From Minisyncoccota bacterium (GTDB lineage: Bacteria; Patescibacteriota; Minisyncoccia; Phycocordibacterales; UBA918): DNA of 64,000 nt. The notes under the pieces were generated by a model. The model was not told the origin of the DNA and searched no databases. It was given only the letters and a program-made list of their open reading frames with translations. Below, piece by piece: positions 1-7,556 of this stretch. The stretch spans positions 267,063 through 331,062 of the forward strand of contig JAWKSQ010000001.1 in the NCBI GenBank assembly GCA_041389045.1, read 5' to 3'. The first letter of the stretch is position 1, and every line of letters starts with the position of its first letter. The translations under genes were made by a program, and so were the position numbers.

Positions 1-136
1 TCTGCACCTCGCCTATCATCAAATGATTTTGTTTATGATCGTAGTTAGCTTGCTAATTACGACGACTCATATCAGATGTATATGCAAAGTTTCAGTTTTC
101 CCGTTCTTTCGCTCACCTGAGGGTGGGTCGACGATA

Positions 137-162
137 AAGGTCTCACTTTGTGAGGCCTTTTT
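137..162 (+). terminator. intrinsic terminator (hairpin + T-run) closing a transcript that starts off-window
   Basis: AAGGTCTCA / TGAGGCCTT stem (one G-U pair), 5-nt loop, then TTTTT. Confidence 0.5.
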
Positions 163-213
163 GCTTGCTGATTTTCAATACTTAGCTCGGTTTGGGAGTG
201 AAGGTGGGGAAGT

Positions 214-242
214 GGGGACGGAAAGCGAAGCTTTCCGTCCCC
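214..242. other. 13-bp perfect GC-rich hairpin, function unknown
   Basis: GGGGACGGAAAGC-GAA-GCTTTCCGTCCCC; preceded by a C-free G/A/T tract (190-213); no T-run on either side. Confidence 0.4.
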
Positions 243-300
243 AACATACAAAGGCTACTGCGTTTACGTGGTGGCCTTTTCTAATTTCCCCTTAAAAAGC

Positions 301-328
301 TTGCATAATTTTCATCTATCTGTATAAT
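301..328 (+). promoter_or_regulatory. candidate sigma70-type promoter of the 16S rRNA transcription unit
   Basis: TTGCAT (301-306) - 16 nt - TATAAT (323-328); no credible CDS between it and the 16S gene. Confidence 0.35.
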
Positions 329-644
329 GCTCAGCACTGTTCATCGGAGGTAAAAAAAGTAACGAATCGGCGTTTTAATGCGCCTTTCTTACCGCTTAGA
401 AATAAGTAATACCAACGAACGAGAACTAGTAGTTTGACAACACTTACGAACAAGCAACTGACTTTCTGTCGGATGATCTTGTTAGTAGGGATTACTCGAG
501 AAATTGAGTAATTGAATAAGTATATATATTGTTGCAACAGCAATGTATATACGTATCATACTTTTATCATTTTTTTTAAAAATGATTAATGGTATGCATC
601 AGCACAAATTATGAGGCAAAAGTTAAGCAAATTTATTTGTATTT

Positions 645-661
645 TCTTTTGTCTTATCCTT
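645..661 (+). promoter_or_regulatory. leader strand of the pre-16S processing helix
   Basis: TCTTTTGTCTTATCCTT is the exact reverse complement of 2387-2403 in the trailer (17/17 bp). Confidence 0.65.
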
Positions 662-791
662 AGGTAAAAAAATAGTTTGTTTGAGCGCGGGAAGTAGTAC
701 AGTACCGCAATGCTCGCAAACGCAAGGTTCAATAAAGGCGAACTTGTTGATGGTAAAACATCGACAAGTCTCGTCCCACGAGACTTGTCTT

Positions 792-2248
792 AAATTAGAG
801 TTTGATCCTAGCTCAGGATGAATGCTGGCGGCGTGGATGAGGCATGCAAGTCGAATGGGTTTAGGCCCATGGCAGACGAGGTAGGAACACGTAGGTACGT
901 ACCCCAAAGTCAGGGATAACCCGTCGAAAGACGGGATAATACTTGATAGTCTCTTCGGAGTAAAGATTTATCGCTTTGGGAACGGCCTGCGGGCTATCAG
1001 CTTGTTGGTAAGGTAACGGCTTACCAAGGCTACGACGGCTAGGGGAGGTGAGAGCCTGACCCCCACCGATGGAACTGCGACACGGTCCATACTCCTACGG
1101 GAGGCTGCAGTCGAGAATCTTCCGCAATGGGCGAAAGCCTGACGGAGCGACGCCGCGTGGTGGATGAAGTCCCTCGGGACGTAAACACCTTTTATGAGGG
1201 AGGAAATTTTGACGTTACCTCATGAATAAGGGGCTCCCAACTCTGTGCCAGCAGGAGCGGTAATACAGAGGCCCCAAGCATTATCCGGATTTACTGGGCG
1301 TAAAGGGTGCGTAGGCGGTTATATTAGTCAGGTGTTAAATCCTGGGGCTCAACCCCAGACTCGCATTTGAAACGGTATAACTAGAAGGAGTCAGAGGCAA
1401 GCAGAACTCATGGTGTAGGGGTGAAATCCGTTGATATCATGGGGAATACCAAATGCGAAGGCAGCTTGCTGGGACTTTCTTGACGCTGAGGCACGAAAGC
1501 GTGGGTAGCGAAGCGGATTAGATACCCGCGTAGTCCACGCCCTAAACGCTGTCTGTTGGCTATGGGGAGTATCGACCCTCTCTGTGGCGAAGCTAACGCG
1601 TTAAACAGACCGCCTGGGTAGTACGATCGCAAGATTAAAACTCAAAGGAATAGACGGGGGCTCGCACAAGCGGTGGATCATGTGGCTTAATTCGTCGATA
1701 AGCGAAAAACCTTACCAAGGCTAGAAACCATACTGCACGCTCTGGGAAACCAGAGAAGCCTTCGAGGGTGTATGGCAGGTGATGCATGGCCGTCGTCAGT
1801 TCGTGGCTTGAGCTGTTCCCTTAAGTGGGGAAACGAACGCAACCCTCGTTGCCTGTTATAAGTGTCAGGCGAGACTGCTCCCTCACGGGAGAGGAAGGTG
1901 AGGATGACGCCAGGTCAGCATGTCCCTTGATGCCTTGGGCTGCACACGTGATACAATGGGTGGTACAACGGGACGCAATGTGGTAACACGGAGCAAATCC
2001 TAATAAAACCATCCTCAGTTCGGATTGAGGGCTGCAACTCGCCCTCATGAAGCCGGAATCGCTAGTAATCGCGGATCAGCATCGCCGCGGTGAATACGTT
2101 CCCGAGCCTTGTACTCACCGCCCGTCAAGTCAGGGGAGTCGGGAGTACCCGAAGTCCCACCTAGCGTGGGCCGACGGTAAGCTCGATAACAAGGACTAAG
2201 TCGTAACAAGGCACGGCTAGCGGAAGCTGGTCGTGGATTAATTCCAAT
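792..2248 (+). rRNA. 16S ribosomal RNA (about 1.46 kb, no large insertion; ends approximate)
   Basis: Universal blocks present: AGAGTTTGATCCTAGCTCAG (797), ACTCCTACGGGAGGCTGCAG (1091), GTGCCAGCAGGAGCGGTAATAC (1245), ATTAGATACCCGCGTAGTCC (1517), AAACTCAAAGGAATAGACGGGGG (1638), TGTACTCACCGCCCGTCA (2110), AAGTCGTAACAAGG (2198), helix 45 with GGAA loop (2212-2235). Confidence 0.95.
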
Positions 2249-2386
2249 TGGATACGTCGGATTATTGGGGTAACCCTTTAACTCACGGCTAATTGGTCGA
2301 TGTTTTATGCCTCAATTGAGCATAAAACGAGAGATGATACTCAATTCTCTGAAATGGTATCAGACACTAGGGAAAGACCAGACCAA

Positions 2387-2403
2387 AAGGATAAGACAAA
2401 AGA
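2387..2403 (+). promoter_or_regulatory. trailer strand of the pre-16S processing helix
   Basis: AAGGATAAGACAAAAGA, exact complement of 645-661. Confidence 0.65.
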
Positions 2404-2445
2404 GACGAGGCATTAGCCTCTTAACTTTTCATAATTTGCTTGATA

Positions 2446-2488
2446 AGAAACAGACCGATTTTAACTTCGTTAAAATCGGTCTGTTTCT
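2446..2488. terminator. bidirectional terminator hairpin between 16S and the convergent CDS
   Basis: 20-bp perfect stem AGAAACAGACCGATTTTAAC / GTTAAAATCGGTCTGTTTCT, 3-nt loop. Confidence 0.7.
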
Positions 2489-2517
2489 GTGTCCGCTTCT
2501 TTAGTTTTGGATAGACC

Positions 2518-2913
2518 TTAGCAAGGTCCAGTTGATCCTGGTGGGCAGTTACTTGGCAGTTTGTTAGCGCGTTCGTAGTAGTCTGACACCGGAGCGGTTC
2601 GGCCGTCTAGGCCAGTAGTCTTTACTAGCATGTTGACTAGTCCCCAAAAAATGACCAGGAAAACAAAAGCGGTAATGCTATAGATAGCTAGTGACTTAGC
2701 TTTTTTTCGTCCGTCTTCGTTACTACCTTCAATAATAAAAAATCGTACCGCGTTTATGACAAAGACTAAGAAAGCCATCCCGAAGAGGAAAGGGATAATC
2801 ACCGTGTTAAAGAAGACGGGGAGGTTGGTCAGCATCGTTTGTATGGTTTGAGCCGAAACGAGGACGGGAAAGACTAGTAATGAGGCTGTCAGAGTCAGTA
2901 GTGATTTTTTCAT
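2518..2913 (-). CDS. secreted small membrane protein, TrbC/VirB2-like (T4SS-pilin-like) topology
   Basis: 131 aa; signal peptide MKKSLLTLTASLLVFPVLVSAQ, two hydrophobic helices flanking a charged loop (EGSNEDGRKKAK), Cys-containing tail; TATACT -10 box 9 nt upstream of ATG. Confidence 0.45.
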   Translation of the reverse strand: MKKSLLTLTASLLVFPVLVSAQTIQTMLTNLPVFFNTVIIPFLFGMAFLVFVINAVRFFIIEGSNEDGRKKAKSLAIYSITAFVFLVIFWGLVNMLVKTTGLDGRTAPVSDYYERANKLPSNCPPGSTGPC

Positions 2914-2975
2914 AATGTTTACAGTATAGCGTACCTTAAGTCTATTTTGGATACAAAAATGGCCCGATTGTGTCT

Positions 2976-3004
2976 TTGACTATATGAATAATATATTATA
3001 TAAT
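2976..3004 (+). promoter_or_regulatory. candidate promoter for 3064 CDS
   Basis: TTGACT - 17 nt - TATAAT. Confidence 0.4.
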
Positions 3005-3063
3005 ATTAATGGGAAAGTATCGTTAACCAGGCGCTTACTTTTTAAGGCGCCTAATTTGAGGAG

Positions 3064-3360
3064 ATGAAGATGAAAAAGGACTTATGGGCGGTGACCACTG
3101 TGATTGTTCTGACCTACGTGAAGGCTGCGGGGATGGCAATTTCCTTTACCGCTATGGCTATTTTTGCTTATCTGATCGTCCAACATGGATACGTAGTATC
3201 TGATTGGGAGATGTTGTCGCGTCACGTGGTCGGCTTGGTGGCTTCATCTGTATTACTCTGGATTTTCTTCACTCTAAGTCCTACTCAGCGCTGTTTTGAC
3301 TGGGGATGGGAAAGGGTGAGGGAACAGGAGAATACCTCAACAGCCACTTTGTGGCGGTAG
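3064..3360 (+). CDS. small integral membrane protein, unknown function (start probably ATG 3070)
   Basis: 98-aa ORF with 3 hydrophobic segments; GAGGAG 6 nt before ATG 3070; followed by strong hairpin. Confidence 0.5.
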   Translation: MKMKKDLWAVTTVIVLTYVKAAGMAISFTAMAIFAYLIVQHGYVVSDWEMLSRHVVGLVASSVLLWIFFTLSPTQRCFDWGWERVREQENTSTATLWR

Positions 3361-3367
3361 TGAAGAA

Positions 3368-3396
3368 GGGCCCGGCGCGCAAAGCGCGCCGGGCCC
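3368..3396. terminator. GC-only hairpin after 3064 CDS (putative terminator, no T-run)
   Basis: GGGCCCGGCGCGC-AAA-GCGCGCCGGGCCC, 13-bp perfect stem. Confidence 0.45.
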
Positions 3397-3453
3397 CAGT
3401 CTATTTACACAATATAATAAAAACACTGAAAAATAAGTCCAAAATGGCATACA

Positions 3454-3482
3454 TTGACGAAAATGTCAAAGTATGCTATAAT
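3454..3482 (+). promoter_or_regulatory. candidate promoter of the G+C-rich islet
   Basis: TTGACG - 17 nt - TATAAT, TGC immediately upstream of the -10. Confidence 0.4.
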
Positions 3483-3522
3483 AAAATTTGGATTAACAAC
3501 AGCGCTAATAAGCGCCTAGTAC

Positions 3523-3624
3523 ATGAAAAATATACCCCGTTGGGCTGAGTGGTTGGTAAATGCCACCATTCTGATCCTGTTGTCTTCAGCGCCGTGGCTC
3601 GGCGCTATCCTCAATCATCTTTGA
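3523..3624 (+). CDS. possible 33-aa hydrophobic peptide (below ORF-track cutoff)
   Basis: MKNIPRWAEWLVNATILILLSSAPWLGAILNHL; its stop lies inside the GAAGGAG preceding the next ORF. Confidence 0.2.
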   Translation: MKNIPRWAEWLVNATILILLSSAPWLGAILNHL

Positions 3625-3634
3625 AGGAGATCAT

Positions 3635-3877
3635 GTGATTGATTTTTCGACATTGGGTCGTTGGGAGCGATTCGCTGTCATGCGTGCGCTCGACCTGCTC
3701 TTGATTTTCGCCGCCTGGACAGCGGTGGGTGGTCTCATTGGTATCGCTGTCTTTGGACAGCTGGCCAACTGGGGCGAGTTCCTTTTAGGGTCGTTCACGC
3801 TCGGGCTGGTGCTCGAGATGCGGCCCAAACGGGATCCGGTCCACCGCCTGTGGCGGCGGATCAAGGGATGGCTCTAG
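3635..3877 (+). CDS. small membrane protein, unknown function, G+C-rich, GTG start
   Basis: 80-aa ORF with two TM segments; GAAGGAG 8 nt upstream of GTG; overlapping ORFs in other frames are attributed to the high G+C. Confidence 0.4.
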   Translation: MIDFSTLGRWERFAVMRALDLLLIFAAWTAVGGLIGIAVFGQLANWGEFLLGSFTLGLVLEMRPKRDPVHRLWRRIKGWL

Positions 3878-3895
3878 GCTTGTAGCCTAGAGCAG

Positions 3896-3943
3896 GCCGG
3901 AGGTGGTGAGGGTTCGTTTGGACCACTCCGCCTCCGGCTTTTT
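3896..3943 (+). terminator. intrinsic terminator after the G+C-rich islet
   Basis: GCCGGAGG...CCTCCGGC imperfect stem followed by TTTTT. Confidence 0.5.
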
Positions 3944-4010
3944 ACATTTTCAATTTTTTACTTAGTTGCTAGAAAGGCCTGTCTCGAGAGGTGGGCCTTT
4001 CTAGCAATCT

Positions 4011-4036
4011 TTTGCGTAATTTGTCCGCGCTCTAGG
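4011..4036. repeat. displaced copy of the tRNA-Ile 3' end plus 13 nt of 3' flank
   Basis: TTTGCGTAATTTGTCCGCGCTCTAGG, 26/26 identical to 4341-4366. Confidence 0.9.
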
Positions 4037-4340
4037 TGAAAAATGCTGGGAGTATTTTGCAAGACTTACTCCGATAGTTTAAGAACGAAGTGACATAAAC
4101 TAGCCAATGAGTGGCCAGCTTCTGTAAGAAGTCGAACCTATCTCCTTACAGGAGCAGTACACCTTTTGTCTATTCTTTTCGTCTAACTCAAGACTAGATC
4201 AAAAGGTTCTAAAACAGTTTCCCAAACTGTTTTAGCCCTCCGAGTATCAGGAGTCTGACCAATTTTTAATGACTATAGGGAATATAAAAATGGAAGTGGC
4301 CCTTGTGGCCCTCTAGCCAACCCTTTAGTAAATGTTTTGG

Positions 4341-4366
4341 TTTGCGTAATTTGTCCGCGCTCTAGG
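4341..4366. repeat. second copy of the 26-nt direct repeat (overlaps the functional tRNA 3' end)
   Basis: identical to 4011-4036. Confidence 0.9.
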
Positions 4367-4427
4367 ATTCGAACCTAGGACCCTCCGAGTATCAGTCGAA
4401 TGCTCTAGCCAACTGAGCTAAGCGCGG
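4354..4427 (-). tRNA. tRNA-Ile (anticodon GAU), CCA not encoded
   Basis: Hand fold of the reverse complement: acceptor CCGCGCT/AGCGCGG, D-arm GCTC-AGTTGGCTA-GAGC, anticodon arm TTCGA-CTGATAC-TCGGA, variable GGGTC, T-arm CTAGG-TTCGAAT-CCTAG, discriminator A. Confidence 0.9.
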
Positions 4428-4680
4428 ACAAATTAAACAAAAACATTTGCATCTTACGTGATATTTCCGCCAACCCTATCGCTTCATACCCCAGGGCACC
4501 TTCTCTGTCTCTGACATTCACCTTGTAAATATCGGCGATTCGCCTTGCGACCGGAAAAATTGCTTCCCGCAATTTTTAGCTCGCGCGGACATGGGTTTCT
4601 AAAACCGTGACAGTGCTGGCTACTATAGCAAATAAGTCTTAAAAATGTAAGGGCTAGCCTAAGTTATAAAGTCTGTTAGT

Positions 4681-4703
4681 AAAAACCACTGCGCGAGCAG
4701 TGG
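4681..4703 (-). terminator. intrinsic terminator of the 4728 CDS
   Basis: CCACTGC-GCGA-GCAGTGG stem followed by a T-run on the minus strand. Confidence 0.5.
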
Positions 4704-4727
4704 CTTTTACTTTTCATGTTAAAACGT

Positions 4728-4973
4728 CTATTGAACTTTAGTGGCGGCGGTTGCAGTACTAGGATTTACGCCGACGATTTCTTCAACATTTTGTAGTCGA
4801 GTCTCAAAACTCATGTTGCTAGACTCTAGGTCTTGAACTACGACTTTTAAATTTAAAGCTAAGAGTCCGACAAAGCCGGCAAAGCTTATGCACAATGTCC
4901 ACGCAATTGGTTGGAAGTACTTATAGTGTTCGAGTTTTTTTGGTTGCATATAGTTAAGTATAGCAAACGGCAT
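4728..4973 (-). CDS. small membrane protein, unknown function (true start probably the second ATG at 4949)
   Basis: 81-aa ORF with one TM; an extended -10 TGCTATACT (4957-4965, minus) lies 7 nt upstream of the ATG at 4949. Confidence 0.45.
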   Translation of the reverse strand: MPFAILNYMQPKKLEHYKYFQPIAWTLCISFAGFVGLLALNLKVVVQDLESSNMSFETRLQNVEEIVGVNPSTATAATKVQ

Positions 4974-5062
4974 AAATAAAGAGTCGCTTTTCCACTGTCG
5001 TCAATACTTTTAAAATACCGTCTCATAGTGGTATTTAGGTCAAAATTACGTATGATAGTGAC

Positions 5063-6430
5063 ATGTTAGGTCAAGAATTATTTAAGGGGAAGAAAATCAC
5101 GGTCATGCGCATCGGCCTTCTAGGTCGTGGTATTGGGGACACGGCTTATATCGCTGAAGCAGGCGCAGAGGTGCTCGTAGTTGATAGTGCCTCACAAGCG
5201 GTGATGCAACCAGCGGTAGATGCTTTAGCAGAGTATCCCAACATTACTTTTAAGTTTGGTCCTTACGACTTCGCTGACTTTAAGGATGCTGATATGGTAA
5301 TAGTCGGAGCCGGGGCTCCGCTAGATGAACCGGTTTTGGTAGAGGCAAAAAAAGCCGGGGTAAGTTTAAAGCAAAGTGCCGCTCTTTTTGCAGAGATTTC
5401 GGGTGTGCCGATTATTGGTGTGACTGGAACGCGTGGTAAGTCAACGGTGACACTGATGATTCACCATGTTCTGTCTATGGTGACTGAAGGAGCGCCAGTG
5501 CTTTTGGGGGGGAATATTCGTGGAGTATCTAATTTGCAATTACTAAAAGAAGTGAAAGAAGATTCACTTTGTGTGATGGAGCTCGACTCTTGGCAGTTGC
5601 AAGGATTTGGTTGGGCGGAGATAAGTCCACAAGTAGCTGTCTTCACTAGCTTCATGCCTGATCATATGAATTATTACCATGACGACATGGATTTGTATTT
5701 TAAGGATAAAGCGAATATTTATTTGTATCAGGAAGATAGTGGGGTGCTCATCACTACCCCTGACGTATTTACCTGGATACAAAAATTGTCTGGGACTTTA
5801 GGACAAGAACTTATTTTGGCTGACGCTTCAGCTATCCCGGAGGATTGCTTGCTCGCAATGCCGGGGGAACATAATCGTCTCAACGCCGCTTTGGCCTACG
5901 AAGCTCTAAAAGCCACCGGACTGACTGATGAGGAAATTTTTGATGGTCTAGCTAGTTTCCCGGGAGTGCCAGGTAGACTCGAATATTTAGGTAGTCATAA
6001 TGGAATTAAAATTTATAACGACAACAACGCCACCACTCCGACCGCCACAGCTGTCGGTATAAAAGCTGTGGCAGAAAATAAGAATGTGATTCTGATTATG
6101 GGTGGAGCCGATAAGGGTTTGGATATAGGTCCGCTTATTGAGGCTTTGGATGACAATGTTAAAAGCGTGATTATATTGCCTGGTACCGGTAGCGATAACT
6201 TGAGGCAAGAGCTAGAGACAACAGAAAAATATAGTACGGTTAACCGTACTATATTTCAGCCCGTCTCTTCACTTAAAGAGGCGGTGGAGGCCGGGTTGGC
6301 CAAAGGCCAACCCGGCGACGTCCTTCTATTTTCGCCGGCCTTCGCGTCGTTTGGAATGTATAAAAATGAGTACGAACGAAATGACGAGTTTGTGGAAATA
6401 ATTAAGTCGCTTGAAAATGAAACAAAATAA
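5063..6430 (+). CDS. murD: UDP-N-acetylmuramoylalanine--D-glutamate ligase
   Basis: 455 aa; Mur ligase P-loop GVTGTRGKST, NDNNATTP, C-terminal SPAFASFGMYKNEYERNDEF typical of MurD; TATGAT 6 nt upstream of ATG. Confidence 0.85.
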   Translation: MLGQELFKGKKITVMRIGLLGRGIGDTAYIAEAGAEVLVVDSASQAVMQPAVDALAEYPNITFKFGPYDFADFKDADMVIVGAGAPLDEPVLVEAKKAGVSLKQSAALFAEISGVPIIGVTGTRGKSTVTLMIHHVLSMVTEGAPVLLGGNIRGVSNLQLLKEVKEDSLCVMELDSWQLQGFGWAEISPQVAVFTSFMPDHMNYYHDDMDLYFKDKANIYLYQEDSGVLITTPDVFTWIQKLSGTLGQELILADASAIPEDCLLAMPGEHNRLNAALAYEALKATGLTDEEIFDGLASFPGVPGRLEYLGSHNGIKIYNDNNATTPTATAVGIKAVAENKNVILIMGGADKGLDIGPLIEALDDNVKSVIILPGTGSDNLRQELETTEKYSTVNRTIFQPVSSLKEAVEAGLAKGQPGDVLLFSPAFASFGMYKNEYERNDEFVEIIKSLENETK

Positions 6431-7556
6431 TCCAAGTTTTGATCCAGGCTCAGATTCTACTGCAAAAAGTAGTAGTAAAAGTCAAAATTCACTAATAGTA
6501 TTTATTGGGACGACTATAATATTAATGTTGATGGGTTGGTCTTTTTACATTAGTTTAGTTGATAGAAGTAAATTATATGATGAAATCGTGATGGTAACCG
6601 ATCAACATCACATATCGACTAAAGATTCGGAACAGGAAAGTATTGCCGATCAAAAAGTAACTGCTGATTTGGACGATGTAGTTATTTGGCAGGACAACAG
6701 TCGTTGGAAAAAAATAACTAACCAAAAATTTGGTTACCAATATGATATCCCCGATTTAGAGGTGGCTAATTTATTTAGAGTGGAGACGCATTTTTCAACT
6801 AGTAGTCTATCCGATTATGTTAATTCGTTGTGGTATATCAATAGTACGGAAATTAATGAATATATTCCAAATAAATCTGTTTCAGACATTGAAAGAAGAG
6901 ATATAAATTCGCAAGAATCCTATAGCTTTACGGTTACTGGTTCATTTTCCTTTAGTGAGTTGAGCGGATATATAATATCATCCCCAAAAAATAAGTTTGT
7001 TTTTTTAGAGACAGAATCTGGAGTTAAAATTATAGTTAACTACCCGGTAGAAAAAAGCGAACTATTTGACATGGCGTTAAGTACTTTTATAATCGACAGT
7101 AGTCTTATTCCAGAAAAATTATTACCTGGTTTTTGGGAAGACGTTGTGTCAGATAATTTGTCTTTTTCTGTACCCACCAATATTTTTCAGTTAGTAGAAG
7201 CTAGCATTGAGCGAGTCACTCATTCCACCTCGTCTATAAAATCATATTCATTCAATAATCCAGACTATGGCAATTTAAGTGTAAACATTAGTGGCGAAAA
7301 TTTTGATAAAGAAAGTTTTGATGAAAGGAATAGGGATAGGTTGGTTTTTTTGGGTGAGGTTTTTTTGGCTGATAGATATTGGTACCGCTACAAGGGAGGG
7401 GATGCAGGCTGTGTTTGGGGATTAACCCGAACAGGCTTTGATGGAGGCTTAGTAGAGGTTACATTTTCTGCTTGCTATGACGATGTTTACCCTATCTATG
7501 AAGAAGAAGATTTAGTTAATGAAGTTATTAATTCGTTTAAATTCATGGGTATATGA
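6411..7556 (+). CDS. membrane-anchored hypothetical protein
   Basis: 381-aa intact ORF; N-terminal TM (LIVFIGTTIILMLMGWSFYISLV); no motif recognised; sits between murD and murC. Confidence 0.55.
   Translation: MKMKQNNPSFDPGSDSTAKSSSKSQNSLIVFIGTTIILMLMGWSFYISLVDRSKLYDEIVMVTDQHHISTKDSEQESIADQKVTADLDDVVIWQDNSRWKKITNQKFGYQYDIPDLEVANLFRVETHFSTSSLSDYVNSLWYINSTEINEYIPNKSVSDIERRDINSQESYSFTVTGSFSFSELSGYIISSPKNKFVFLETESGVKIIVNYPVEKSELFDMALSTFIIDSSLIPEKLLPGFWEDVVSDNLSFSVPTNIFQLVEASIERVTHSTSSIKSYSFNNPDYGNLSVNISGENFDKESFDERNRDRLVFLGEVFLADRYWYRYKGGDAGCVWGLTRTGFDGGLVEVTFSACYDDVYPIYEEEDLVNEVINSFKFMGI

Noticed and set aside
190-242. Shared architecture at both window ends: a C-free G/A/T tract followed by a long perfect hairpin (190-242 and about 63880-63999)
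   Set aside because: There are only two instances, with little sequence identity beyond GGGAAGT, and the second is truncated by the window edge. This cannot be distinguished from coincidence. A G-quadruplex or Rho-site reading would be speculative.
23-543. ORFs 23..295(+) and 331..543(-) upstream of the 16S gene
   Set aside because: They cross terminator hairpins and a promoter-like element, and show low-complexity translation. The region is better explained as rRNA leader and intergenic DNA. I could not recognise any known ncRNA (tmRNA, RNase P, SRP, 5S) here either.
623-2048. ORF-track entries 623..907(-), 1408..1632(-), 1821..2048(-) and 2307..2504(+)
   Set aside because: They lie inside or on the processed flanks of the 16S rRNA gene. 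They have no coding signature and are spurious.
3306-3548. ORF 3306..3548(+)
   Set aside because: It runs through the 13-bp GC hairpin and the promoter at 3454-3482, so it is not credible as coding.
4037-4340. A second, intron-interrupted or split tRNA gene between the 26-nt repeats
   Set aside because: The fragments cannot be folded into a cloverleaf. The T-stem and acceptor partners are missing, and the intervening 60-95-nt segments show no intron-like structure. It is reported as a scar or decayed copy instead.
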